Below, piece after piece: positions 55,761 to 64,000 of a stretch of DNA of 64,000 nt. Under the pieces are notes generated by a model, which worked only from the letters and a program-made list of their open reading frames with translations, did not search any database and was not told the DNA's origin. This stretch comes from Clostridia bacterium (GTDB lineage: Bacteria > Bacillota > Clostridia > UBA1212 > UBA1255), in NCBI GenBank assembly GCA_017560225.1, contig JAFYOJ010000191.1:3455-67454 (forward strand). Direction: 5' to 3'. How positions within the stretch are numbered: position 1 is the first letter of the stretch; each line of letters opens with the position of its first letter. The position numbers and the translations under genes were made by a program.

Positions 55761-56609
55761 TTAAATTCCCCACATCTTCTCCGCTGCCTTCACAGACTGC
55801 TCCATCAGCGTGCAAATGGTCATGGGACCTACACCACCGGGCACCGGCGTGTAGGCAGAACACTTAGGAATACAATTCTCCAAATCAATATCCCCCACGT
55901 TGCCTACATTGTATCCGGCATCCACCAAAACCGCGCCTTCCTTTACCCAGTCAGCCTGCACGAAGCGAGGTTTACCAACGGCAGCCACAATGACATCTGC
56001 ACGGCGAACAACCTCCGGCAAATTCTCCGTCTTAGAATGGGCAATGGTCACCGTAGCATCTTCATTCAGCAGGAGCATCGCTACCGGCTTACCCAAAATC
56101 GGACTGCGGCCAATGACAACAACCTCTTTGCCCGCAAGCTCTACGCCGTAATATTTCAGAATACGAATAATACCACCCGGGGTTGCACTGCGATAGCCCT
56201 CTTGCTTCATAGTCACCGCACCGAAACTGGCCACGTTCACGCCGTCCACGTCCTTCACAGGCGCAATGGCATTAAAGCAACGAGACTCATCAATATGACG
56301 GGGAACGGGATGCTGCAACAAAATACCGCATACGTCCGGATCCTGATTCAGCGCTTCAATCTGGGCAAGCAGCTCTTCTGTGGTCGTCTCCGCAGGCATC
56401 TCCACACGGCGAGGCTCCAAACCCACCCGACGACACGCCTTTCCCTTCATGGTCACGTACGTAACAGAAGCCGGATTGTCTCCCACTAAGATAGTTGCCA
56501 GCACAGGCGTGCGACCTGTCTTCTCCACCAATTTCTGCACGCGAGCGGAAAGTTCCGCCTCAATTTCCGTTGCCAATGCTTTTCCATTCAAAATAAGAGG
56601 CTCAGCCAT
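55761..56609 (-). CDS. folD: Bifunctional methylenetetrahydrofolate dehydrogenase/cyclohydrolase.
   Basis: The product reads MAEPLILNGKALATEIEAELSARVQ...PASVTYVTMKGKAC...VIGRSPILGKP...PVPGGVGPMT, a typical FolD. Confidence 0.95.
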   Translation of the reverse strand: MAEPLILNGKALATEIEAELSARVQKLVEKTGRTPVLATILVGDNPASVTYVTMKGKACRRVGLEPRRVEMPAETTTEELLAQIEALNQDPDVCGILLQHPVPRHIDESRCFNAIAPVKDVDGVNVASFGAVTMKQEGYRSATPGGIIRILKYYGVELAGKEVVVIGRSPILGKPVAMLLLNEDATVTIAHSKTENLPEVVRRADVIVAAVGKPRFVQADWVKEGAVLVDAGYNVGNVGDIDLENCIPKCSAYTPVPGGVGPMTICTLMEQSVKAAEKMWGI

Positions 56610-56666
56610 TTATCTCAAATCCTTTCATTTATCGTAAAATACGTTTATATTTTATCACATTTTACC

Positions 56667-56987
56667 CTATAAGAACAACCCTAATATTAGTTCCGCAACA
56701 TACACACTTCCGCAGGCACACAGGGCAACTGTAATTAACTTTTTCCCCCATAGCGCCAGCACCGCCGCCACCACCAGCCCTACCAAAGCGGACCAAACGT
56801 AAGACGTGGCGAACAACATATCCGGCAGCACCATAGCCGCCAAAACCGTATAGGGAATATAATACAGGAACGACCGCACAAACCGGTTCTCAATCTTCCC
56901 CCGCACCAACACGAAGGGCAGCATACGAATCAAATACGTCACAAGGGCCATCACGGCAATACGGGAGAGTAAATACGTAGTCGTCAT
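56667..56987 (-). CDS. azlD: Branched-chain amino acid exporter small subunit AzlD.
   Basis: The protein is about 106 aa with 3-4 transmembrane segments. The start at MTTTYLL overlaps the azlC stop. Confidence 0.7.
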   Translation of the reverse strand: MTTTYLLSRIAVMALVTYLIRMLPFVLVRGKIENRFVRSFLYYIPYTVLAAMVLPDMLFATSYVWSALVGLVVAAVLALWGKKLITVALCACGSVYVAELILGLFL

Positions 56988-56988
56988 T

Positions 56989-57672
56989 TTACGCCTCCTT
57001 CTTGGGGAACAGCCACGCGCCCACACAGGCCGCCGCCACCGCACACAAAATTAAAGCAAAGCCGGAGGATAACTCCCGTAATACCGGAGCCAAACGCACC
57101 ACGCAATGAAGGCCTGCACTGATACTCGCCACCCACAAAACAGCCCGTTCTTTCTTGGCTTGAGGGAGCACCAGGGCGATAAACATAGCGTAGAGGGCAG
57201 GATTCAGGGCAATGCACACGGACGGAGGTAAAATGCCTCCTGCCAGCGCCCCTAAAGTTGTTCCCAGACCCCAACCCAGTACCGAAATCAAGCCGACACC
57301 CATCATATATCGATTGGATACAGGTTTCTCTTGCGCCCGACACAGCGCAAAAATTTCGTCAGTCATAAAGAAGGCGCAGATCAAACGATTGCCCGTGGTC
57401 ATCGAACGATCCACGTGTTGGGACAGCGATAAGGACATCAAGGCATAGCGAATGTTAATAATCAACTGCGTCAGCGCCAGCTCCCCTACCCCGGCAAAAA
57501 TCGCAATAAGAGAAACCCCGGCAAGCTGTCCTGCCGAGGTTACATTGGTTAATGAAGTTAGAATGACACTCCACACAGGAAGGGCCTTTCCTACGGCCGC
57601 AATGCCGAAGGAGAAAGATACGGATAAGTACCCCAAGAAAATAGGGATTCCATCCCGAATACCGCGTTTCAT
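56989..57672 (-). CDS. azlC: AzlC family branched-chain amino acid exporter.
   Basis: The 227-aa polytopic protein starts MKRGIRDGIPIFLGYLSVSFSFGIAAV, typical of AzlC. Confidence 0.8.
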   Translation of the reverse strand: MKRGIRDGIPIFLGYLSVSFSFGIAAVGKALPVWSVILTSLTNVTSAGQLAGVSLIAIFAGVGELALTQLIINIRYALMSLSLSQHVDRSMTTGNRLICAFFMTDEIFALCRAQEKPVSNRYMMGVGLISVLGWGLGTTLGALAGGILPPSVCIALNPALYAMFIALVLPQAKKERAVLWVASISAGLHCVVRLAPVLRELSSGFALILCAVAAACVGAWLFPKKEA

Positions 57673-57675
57673 AAA

Positions 57676-58212
57676 TTACTTACAAAATACCTCAATATAA
57701 CTGTTAATGGCTTCCTGAATAATGCGGATGGCTTCTGCACGGTTCTGTACCTCTCCGTCCACCGCCGTTTGTTTGTGTTCCAAATTCTTGTAAACCGTAA
57801 AGAAGTGAGACATTTCTTCAAACAAGTGACTGGGCAGCTCGCTGATATCCTGATACATATTGTAGTTGGGATCGCTGAAAGGAATGGCAATAATCTTCTC
57901 ATCGCGACGACCGCTGTCGATCATGGTGATGACGCCAATGGGATAACAACGCACCAACGTCATAGGTTCAATTTCTTCAGAGCAAATAATGAGCACGTCC
58001 AAGGGGTCCAAGTCATCACCGTAAGTACGGGGAATAAAACCGTAGTTTGCAGGATAGTGGGTAGACGTATGTAAGATTCTGTCCAAACTCAACATACCCG
58101 TTGCCTTGTCCAGCTCATATTTCTTCTTACTTCCCTTAGGAATCTCAACAACCGCTACAAAATCTTCCGGATTGATCCGTTTGGGACTGATATCATGCCA
58201 AATGTTACTCAT
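57676..58212 (-). CDS. ppa: Inorganic pyrophosphatase (family I).
   Basis: The product reads MSNIWHDISPKRINPEDFVAVVEIPKGSKKKYELDK...DGDPLDVLI, a classic Ppa. The RBS is TAAGGAG. Confidence 0.95.
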   Translation of the reverse strand: MSNIWHDISPKRINPEDFVAVVEIPKGSKKKYELDKATGMLSLDRILHTSTHYPANYGFIPRTYGDDLDPLDVLIICSEEIEPMTLVRCYPIGVITMIDSGRRDEKIIAIPFSDPNYNMYQDISELPSHLFEEMSHFFTVYKNLEHKQTAVDGEVQNRAEAIRIIQEAINSYIEVFCK

Positions 58213-58242
58213 AGCAAACTCCTTATATAAATTTCAAAGAAA

Positions 58243-59151
58243 TTATAGCACACACGTTTCCGTTTCGCAACCAAGGTCAATGGCAGCCGTAGACCGTCCC
58301 AGCACTTCGCCCATGTGAATAAGTGTTTCATATCCCTCTTTAGTGTTCTCCAACAAATCTCTGCGCATAACCACGCGGCCCGGCTCCAGCAACAGCACCA
58401 CCGTGGATCCACCGAATTCAAAACGACCTTTCTCCATGCCCCGCACCACGCTGCAAGCCTCTTGAGCATAATTCACAATTCGGCCCACCATCAAAGCCCC
58501 CACTTCCATCTGGACCACGGTGCCGAAAAGCTCCGACTCAATTACGCAAAATTCCCGGCAATTCTCCTTATAAATAGGCACGTAATCATTGGCCACAGGA
58601 TTCACCGTGTGGAAAATACCTTTAATATACCGTTGCTCACTCTTATTCCCGCTCACCGCATAGGCATACCGATGATAGTTGTCCACCGTCAGACGAAGCA
58701 CCACGCAGTAGCCCCCTGCAAACTTCTCCGCCAGGACGCTGTCCCGAAGGAGCGATGAGACGGTATAGGGCGTATGTTTAATGGTAAAATGGGTATTTGT
58801 TTCAATGGGATAGACCGACACTTTGCTGTCGCAAGGACTGATCAAGCTATTGGGATCCGGATAAATCGTCCGTTGATCCGGCTTGATCTGGCGCATGAAG
58901 AATGCATTGTAGGAACGATACTTGCAAGGCACATAAGCACTCATATCAATGTGATTCTTCCGTACAAAACTTTTAATCATAGGTTTGGACAACGGGCTGT
59001 TCATAAAAACTCTGCAAGCCCCGGTTACGGGTCTTGTTGCCAATACGCGAATCACGGCTCGTCCGCTTTTCTTGGCGTACATACGCGCAAGAAAGCGATC
59101 TTGCTTCGTGCTCACTTCTATGCATTTTCCCGTTCTGTCCCGATATTTCAT
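58243..59151 (-). CDS. psd: Phosphatidylserine decarboxylase proenzyme.
   Basis: The C-terminal FGGSTVVLL contains the GST self-cleavage motif. The start overlaps the pssA stop. Confidence 0.85.
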   Translation of the reverse strand: MKYRDRTGKCIEVSTKQDRFLARMYAKKSGRAVIRVLATRPVTGACRVFMNSPLSKPMIKSFVRKNHIDMSAYVPCKYRSYNAFFMRQIKPDQRTIYPDPNSLISPCDSKVSVYPIETNTHFTIKHTPYTVSSLLRDSVLAEKFAGGYCVVLRLTVDNYHRYAYAVSGNKSEQRYIKGIFHTVNPVANDYVPIYKENCREFCVIESELFGTVVQMEVGALMVGRIVNYAQEACSVVRGMEKGRFEFGGSTVVLLLEPGRVVMRRDLLENTKEGYETLIHMGEVLGRSTAAIDLGCETETCVL

Positions 59152-59792
59152 ACCAACACGCCTACTACAATCAAGGCGCCGATGACGCCCAATACAACGG
59201 CTTCTTTCAAGCCGGGTTTCTTAACTTTAATGTCCCAAACCATCATAAATGCAACCACGTACAGCATCACCACGTAAGCAACACTGGCTTTCGCAGGCGA
59301 TTGATTCATCATATTGGTCACAGCATAAATCAAGGGGAAGATCAAGGCAGAGGACGTAACAGGAAGCCCTTGGAAATACTTCCGATTCTCATCCGTTTCT
59401 TTCTGGCGTTGCATCTCTTTTACATTATAAAAGCCCAATCGAATCACCGCTGCCAACACGAACAACGCACCGCCCACTTTCACAATCCAGTGCCCGCCTT
59501 TTGCCCACAAGGGCCCGGACACTACGCAGTTGGCAAGAATAGCAGGAAATAAACCAAAACAGATCAAATCGCAAAGAGAATCGATTTGAATGCCGAATAC
59601 TTTTGCTTCTTCACTGCGATTGGGATGGCTCCGGGCAATCTTACCGTCGAACATATCGCACACGCCGGAAAAAATCAAACACAAAAATGCAATTTTGAAC
59701 TGCCCGCTCATGGCACAGGTAATTCCATACAAAGAAGAACACAAGCCGATATACGTCAAAATGACAGAATAGTTGTAAAAACCAATTAACAT
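59148..59792 (-). CDS. pssA: CDP-diacylglycerol-serine O-phosphatidyltransferase (CDP-alcohol phosphatidyltransferase family).
   Basis: The sequence DMFDGKIAR...GIQIDSLCDLICFG matches D(x)2DG(x)2AR...G(x)3D(x)3D. Confidence 0.85.
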   Translation of the reverse strand: MLIGFYNYSVILTYIGLCSSLYGITCAMSGQFKIAFLCLIFSGVCDMFDGKIARSHPNRSEEAKVFGIQIDSLCDLICFGLFPAILANCVVSGPLWAKGGHWIVKVGGALFVLAAVIRLGFYNVKEMQRQKETDENRKYFQGLPVTSSALIFPLIYAVTNMMNQSPAKASVAYVVMLYVVAFMMVWDIKVKKPGLKEAVVLGVIGALIVVGVLV

Positions 59793-60874
59793 ATTTCTTC
59801 CTCTCTCTTTCTTCGTTTCGCCAGTCGTCGCTGACTAAGAATATACGAGGTGACTGTAATCACAGCCCCCAGAATTACAAGTAGATAATAGTTAATTCCG
59901 CGACTTAAAAGCATTCCGGGCACCACCAAGGAAGCGCCAAACACTTGGGTATACATCACCATAAATCCCCCTTCATTGGCGCCAATGCCACCGGGGAACG
60001 GCAAAATGTCCAATGCCAGAGATAATACCACCTGCAGTGCTATAATCTGGAAGAAGTTGGTGCCGGAAAGACCAAAAGCTTCATAGACCATAAATGTGAT
60101 CGCAAAGAAACAAAGTCTTTGGAATACCGTAATGCCGAAAACTTCCCAAAGTAATTCTTTTCTGCCTAAAAGCAGGCCCGCGCTGCGACTGTAATGGTTA
60201 ATGCCCTGTTCAAACCGTTCTGCCATAGCTTCACGATTGCGAACAAGACGGAGTTTACACAGAATATTTAAAAGTAAATAGGCCATCTTGCGGGCAGGCT
60301 TGGGGCGGAAAATCACCACCACCAAGAAGGAACAGAATGCCAGATTCAACACAAGTCCCAGGATAAGAACATACAACATAAAGCCCAGGTGATCGAATAC
60401 AAAACTTGCATTAAAGGCAACCAATATAACGGATAATGCCACCAACGCTAATTTATAAGCAAGCGTGACCACCAAAAGCACCAACGAGGACACGCCAAAA
60501 TCCAACCCGTCCCGCTTCATCCACACCAATTGCGCCGGTTGACCGCCGGATGCGGAGGGTGTAATGGCACTAACGAAGAAACCCACGTAAGAGTACACAA
60601 TACAGCGGCGAAATTTCGCCGGCACTCTCAGTTTTCGGAACAAGTGGTAGAGAATAACAGACTCGCAACAGACAAACACCATCAGCAACAATGCGCCACC
60701 CAAAAGCCACCAAGGGTTCGCTTGCCGTATGTAGTAACGGATTTGAGGCAATTCTTGTTTGCTCAGCACCAAGTATGCAGTAAACGCCAACAAGACTGCG
60801 ATGAACAGCACGTTCAGCAGCACTTTTAATGCTTTGCGTCCTTTTGATGCAGTTGTCTTCGGGGTTGCTTCCAA
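59786..60874 (-). CDS. Lysylphosphatidylglycerol-synthase transmembrane-region (MprF flippase-domain-like, UPF0104) protein without a synthase domain.
   Basis: The protein has about eight transmembrane segments and the conserved GGIGANEGGF block near the C-terminus. The start is TTG after AGAAAGGAA. It is translationally coupled to pssA. Confidence 0.65.
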   Translation of the reverse strand: MEATPKTTASKGRKALKVLLNVLFIAVLLAFTAYLVLSKQELPQIRYYIRQANPWWLLGGALLLMVFVCCESVILYHLFRKLRVPAKFRRCIVYSYVGFFVSAITPSASGGQPAQLVWMKRDGLDFGVSSLVLLVVTLAYKLALVALSVILVAFNASFVFDHLGFMLYVLILGLVLNLAFCSFLVVVIFRPKPARKMAYLLLNILCKLRLVRNREAMAERFEQGINHYSRSAGLLLGRKELLWEVFGITVFQRLCFFAITFMVYEAFGLSGTNFFQIIALQVVLSLALDILPFPGGIGANEGGFMVMYTQVFGASLVVPGMLLSRGINYYLLVILGAVITVTSYILSQRRLAKRRKREEEIC

Positions 60875-60909
60875 AACGTTGTTCCTTTCTACTATTTTCT
60901 AACTAAGTT

Positions 60910-60938
60910 AGTATACTCCAACCCCCGTGTATTGTCAA
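60910..60938 (-). promoter_or_regulatory. Sigma-A-type promoter for the MprF-like/pssA/psd/ppa/azlCD operon.
   Basis: The minus strand reads TTGACA, a 17-nt spacer, then TATACT. Confidence 0.5.
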
Positions 60939-60955
60939 AGAAAAAACACGAAAAA

Positions 60956-60985
60956 GCCCCTTCTATTTACAAGAAGAGGCCGTCC
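60956..60985 (-). terminator. Weak terminator-like hairpin downstream of the DUF3343 gene.
   Basis: The minus strand reads GCCTCTTCT-tgtaaat-AGAAGGGGC followed by TTTTTCGTGTTTTTT. The stem has one mismatch. Confidence 0.35.
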
Positions 60986-60996
60986 TATCCATCATT

Positions 60997-61221
60997 TTAT
61001 TCCGAATAAACTTTCAGCTCTGCATAAATCCCTTTGCGTCGGAGGATTTTTTCCGCCGTTTCCCCATAAGACGCAGGAAACTGAACACTGTAGCCACAAC
61101 CCATTTTACCGGATTTAAGCGCCTCCGGGGTATTCACAACCCCCGCCGGAACGCCCGCCGCCCGCAAAAGTTGCTGCACCGTAAGCGCTTTGCTTTGGGG
61201 ACCTAAATTAACGTAAATCAC
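60997..61221 (-). CDS. DUF3343-like small protein (putative Se/S carrier-like).
   Basis: The 74-aa product reads MIYVNLGPQSKALTVQQLLRAAGVPAGVVNTPEALKSGKMGCGYSVQFPAS. The size and the Cys-Gly motif fit DUF3343. The start overlaps the ispD 3' end by 14 nt. Confidence 0.5.
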   Translation of the reverse strand: MIYVNLGPQSKALTVQQLLRAAGVPAGVVNTPEALKSGKMGCGYSVQFPASYGETAEKILRRKGIYAELKVYSE

Positions 61222-61966
61222 CAGTCTGAGAAGCCTCCTCTTCCTTCTGCAGTATACTTAACAATATACGCAAATCCTCCGGTTTGGTGACTTTCAAATT
61301 CCCCGGATTGCCGGGACAAATGCCCACACGCTGTCCTTCGGGCAAACATTCTTCCATATACAAAACAAGGCCTGTATCGTCGGTAATTTCCGGCACGTCC
61401 GCCGCCTGCTTGGAGAGGGCATTCTCGTAAAATAGGTGGGCTTTATGAATCACTTCATACCGGAAGCTTTGCGGCGTCTGCACGTTCCACAAAAATTTTC
61501 TGGGTGGAATGGAAGTCAGCGTTTCTCCGTCATTGCTCACCACAATGGTATCCACCGTCTTCTCTGCCGTCACGCAAGCACCTTGCGCTCTGGCCATTGC
61601 AATATTGGCGCGGATGGTCTCCGCCGTAATATTGGGCCGCACCCCATCATGAATCAGCACCACGTCATCTCCTCCGCAAACCTCCGCCAATGCATCAATG
61701 CCTTTATAAGAGGATTCTCTGCGGGTGGCGCCGCCAGGCAGCACTTTCTGTAATTTGGAAATAGCATAATCCCGCACAATTTCCCATACGGTATCCCGAC
61801 TTTCTTCCGGACATACCACGTAAATGGCATCGATCTCCGGATGATGCTGGAAAGCTTCCAATGTATAGGCAAGAATGGGCTTCCCATCCACGTTCAAAAA
61901 TTGTTTCGGGGTACTGGTCCCCATACGGCGTCCCATGCCGGCCGCCAACACAAGTGCTATGTTCAT
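61208..61966 (-). CDS. ispD: 2-C-methyl-D-erythritol 4-phosphate cytidylyltransferase.
   Basis: The product reads MNIALVLAAGMGRRMGTSTPKQFLNVDGKPILAYTLEAF...VLIHDGVRP. The start was placed at ATG 61966 with AAAGGAAAG upstream. The longer track ORF is an in-frame upstream extension. Confidence 0.9.
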   Translation of the reverse strand: MNIALVLAAGMGRRMGTSTPKQFLNVDGKPILAYTLEAFQHHPEIDAIYVVCPEESRDTVWEIVRDYAISKLQKVLPGGATRRESSYKGIDALAEVCGGDDVVLIHDGVRPNITAETIRANIAMARAQGACVTAEKTVDTIVVSNDGETLTSIPPRKFLWNVQTPQSFRYEVIHKAHLFYENALSKQAADVPEITDDTGLVLYMEECLPEGQRVGICPGNPGNLKVTKPEDLRILLSILQKEEEASQTGDLR

Positions 61967-62005
61967 ATCGTTCTTTCCTTTCAGGAAAAGTTGCATTGCG
62001 CAATC

Positions 62006-62034
62006 ATTATACACAAAATATGTTTTGGTTACAA
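62006..62034 (-). promoter_or_regulatory. Sigma-A-type promoter for ispD.
   Basis: The minus strand reads TTGTAA, a 17-nt spacer, then TATAAT. A perfect 10-bp palindrome ATTGCGCAAT (61994-62003) sits at or near the transcription start. Confidence 0.45.
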
Positions 62035-62050
62035 GAAGGGGCATTTCACA

Positions 62051-62079
62051 TTGACTTTCAAGGCCGTTTGCGGTATTAT
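62051..62079 (+). promoter_or_regulatory. Sigma-A-type promoter for ileS.
   Basis: The plus strand reads TTGACT, a 17-nt spacer, then TATTAT. The leader is only about 25 nt, so there is no T-box. Confidence 0.5.
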
Positions 62080-62110
62080 GAACTGAACTATGTTTTAATG
62101 GAGGTACTGT

Positions 62111-64000
62111 ATGTACGAGAAAGTATCTACGGACTTGAATTTTGTTGAGCGCGAGAAGAAAGTACAGAAATATTGGGAAGATAATAACATTTTCCAAAAG
62201 AGCATTGAAGAGCGTGCCCAAGGTGAGACTTATACCTTCTATGATGGCCCGCCCACGGTCAACGGAAAGCCCCATATCGGTCACGTGCTAACCCGTGTTA
62301 TTAAAGATATGATTCCCCGTTACCGCACTATGAAAGGCTACAAGGTGTTGCGCAAAGCCGGTTGGGATACCCACGGACTTCCCGTTGAATTGGAAGTTGA
62401 GAAGATGCTGGGACTGGACGGCAAAGAGCAGATTGAAGAGTACGGTATGGACCCCTTCATTCAGAAATGTAAGGAAAGCGTTTGGAAATATAAGGGAATG
62501 TGGGAAGACTTTTCCGGCACCGTTGGTTTCTGGGCGGATATGGATGATCCTTACGTAACCTATGATAATAATTTCATTGAGTCCGAATGGTGGGCTTTGA
62601 AACAGATTTGGGACAAGGGTCTTTTGTACAAAGGCTTTAAGATTGTTCCCTACTGCCCCCGTTGCGGAACCCCGCTTTCCTCTCACGAAGTAGCCCAGGG
62701 TTACAAGTCTGTAAAGGAGCGCTCCGCCATCGTTCGCTTCAAAGTAAAGGGCGAAGATGCTTACTTCCTTGCATGGACCACCACCCCCTGGACGCTGCCT
62801 TCCAACGAGGCACTTTGCGTAAATCCTGCAGACGAATACTGCAAGGTAAAGGCTGCCGACGGCTACACCTACTATATGGCAAAAGCTTTGTTGGATACCG
62901 TTCTTGGCAAGTTGGCTACCGAGGGACAGGCTGCTTATGAGATTTTAGATACCTTCCCCGGCACCGCTTTGGAGCACAGAGAGTATGAGCCTTTGTTTGC
63001 TTGCGCCGGAGAGTGTGCAGACAAGCAGAAGAAGAAAGGTTTCTTCGTAACCTGCGACAGTTACGTTACCATGTCTGACGGTACCGGTATCGTACACATT
63101 GCACCGGCTTTCGGTGAAGACGATGCCCGTGTAGGCCGCACCTATGACCTGCCTTTCGTACAGTTTGTAGACGGACAGGGTAATATGACGGAGGAAACCC
63201 CTTATGCAGGTGTGTTTGTAAAGAAAGCGGATCCGTTGGTATTGGTTGACTTAGATAAAGAAGGCAAACTCTTCGATGCACCCAAGTTCGAGCACGACTA
63301 TCCCCACTGTTGGCGATGTGATACGCCCTTGATTTACTACGCAAGAGAGTCTTGGTTCATCAAGATGACCGCTGTACGGGACGATCTGATTAAGAACAAC
63401 AACACCATTAACTGGATTCCCGAGAGTATCGGTAAGGGTCGTTTCGGCGACTGGTTGAACAACGTACAGGATTGGGGTATCAGCCGAAACCGTTATTGGG
63501 GTACACCTTTAAATATTTGGGAATGTCCTTGCGGACACCGCCACGCTATCGGTTCCATTGCAGAACTTCGTGAGATGTCGGATAACTGCCCTGAGGATAT
63601 TGAACTACACCGCCCTTATATTGATGCAGTGACGCTTCGTTGTCCCGAGTGTGGCGCACAGATGACCCGTGTGAAGGAAGTTATTGACTGCTGGTTTGAC
63701 TCCGGCGCAATGCCTTTTGCACAATGGCACTATCCTTTTGAGAATAAAGAAATTTTCGAAGACAACTTCCCGGCAGACTTTATCAGTGAAGCCGTAGACC
63801 AGACAAGAGGTTGGTTCTATTCTTTGTTGGCAATTTCCACGTTGCTCTTTGACAAAGCACCCTACAAGAACGTTATCGTATTAGGTCTTGTACAGGATGA
63901 GAACGGTCAGAAGATGTCCAAATCCAAAGGTAATGCCGTAGATCCTTTCGATGCCCTCAACACCTTCGGTGCAGACGCAATCCGTTGGTATTTCTATTCC
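62111..64000 (+). CDS. ileS: Isoleucine-tRNA ligase, N-terminal about 630 aa. The gene continues beyond the window.
   Basis: The product reads [28 protein letters not shown]...[13 protein letters not shown] (HIGH motif) with CP1 editing-domain blocks. The RBS is GGAGG. The track omits the ORF because it is open to the window edge. Confidence 0.95.
   Translation, partial: MYEKVSTDLNFVEREKKVQKYWEDNNIFQKSIEERAQGETYTFYDGPPTVNGKPHIGHVLTRVIKDMIPRYRTMKGYKVLRKAGWDTHGLPVELEVEKMLGLDGKEQIEEYGMDPFIQKCKESVWKYKGMWEDFSGTVGFWADMDDPYVTYDNNFIESEWWALKQIWDKGLLYKGFKIVPYCPRCGTPLSSHEVAQGYKSVKERSAIVRFKVKGEDAYFLAWTTTPWTLPSNEALCVNPADEYCKVKAADGYTYYMAKALLDTVLGKLATEGQAAYEILDTFPGTALEHREYEPLFACAGECADKQKKKGFFVTCDSYVTMSDGTGIVHIAPAFGEDDARVGRTYDLPFVQFVDGQGNMTEETPYAGVFVKKADPLVLVDLDKEGKLFDAPKFEHDYPHCWRCDTPLIYYARESWFIKMTAVRDDLIKNNNTINWIPESIGKGRFGDWLNNVQDWGISRNRYWGTPLNIWECPCGHRHAIGSIAELREMSDNCPEDIELHRPYIDAVTLRCPECGAQMTRVKEVIDCWFDSGAMPFAQWHYPFENKEIFEDNFPADFISEAVDQTRGWFYSLLAISTLLFDKAPYKNVIVLGLVQDENGQKMSKSKGNAVDPFDALNTFGADAIRWYFYS

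Noticed and set aside
61967-62110. Possible T-box riboswitch leader upstream of ileS.
   Set aside because: Only about 25 nt separate the predicted transcription start from the start codon, and the whole intergenic region is 144 nt. A T-box needs more than 200 nt with specifier and antiterminator elements, and none are present.
1-64000. CRISPR arrays, tRNA/rRNA genes, transposases, integrases and phage genes.
   Set aside because: A visual scan of all intergenic regions of 100 nt or more and of every ORF found no regularly spaced direct repeats, no cloverleaf-like tRNA sequences, and no DDE or tyrosine-recombinase-like proteins.

Overview
This is a 64 kb chromosomal segment from a Gram-positive anaerobe, apparently a Clostridia-class Firmicute, judging by purine-rich AGGAGG-type ribosome-binding sites, frequent GTG/TTG start codons, and characteristic genes (SipW, HPF-long, MreBCD-PBP2, FeoAB, DUF1667 glycerol-3-phosphate dehydrogenase cluster). 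It is gene-dense, about 88% coding, and almost all genes lie on the minus strand in long, often translationally coupled operons. I call about 57 protein genes and no rRNA, tRNA, CRISPR array or recognisable transposase or integrase.

Housekeeping content:
- tig (5' end only) and rpmE
- an AI-2E transporter and yebC
- a glpP-mgtC-glycerol-3-phosphate dehydrogenase operon (FAD/BFD subunit, NAD(P)/FAD oxidoreductase, DUF1667)
- nadD::yqeK fusion, rsfS, corA and a HAD phosphatase
- a UPF0210/ACT pair
- radC-mreBCD-mrdA
- feoA-feoB plus a small FeoB-associated Cys-rich gene missing from the ORF track
- pepF, SDR oxidoreductases, a C_GCAxxG_C_C/Mrp pair, hpf and fadD
- folD, azlCD, ppa, psd-pssA, ispD and ileS (truncated at the window end)

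Accessory-looking, poorly characterised modules worth follow-up:
- A sipW-like ER-type signal peptidase with an unusual coiled-coil/basic C-terminal tail. It sits directly upstream of a 637-aa protein that has a SipW-cognate (TasA/camelysin-type) signal peptide and N-domain fused to a long parallel beta-helix.
- A four-gene operon coupling pepF to a bactofilin-like beta-helix protein and two paralogous membrane GT-C glycosyltransferases, each with an N-terminal extracytoplasmic carbohydrate-binding-like domain.
- A seven-gene operon: lipoprotein, ABC exporter half (N-terminal PH-like domain plus Zn-ribbon), DUF1854-like protein, second such ABC half, HAD-IIA phosphatase, SdpI/YhfL-family membrane protein, and a further membrane protein.
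- A 1188-aa secreted protein with an internal tandem duplication of about 720 bp.
- A roughly 200 bp nested palindromic intergenic element made of ACGACCTG-type hairpin units.
- A terminator-like attenuator in the glpP leader.

All calls rest on reading the translations and sequence by eye. No database search was run.
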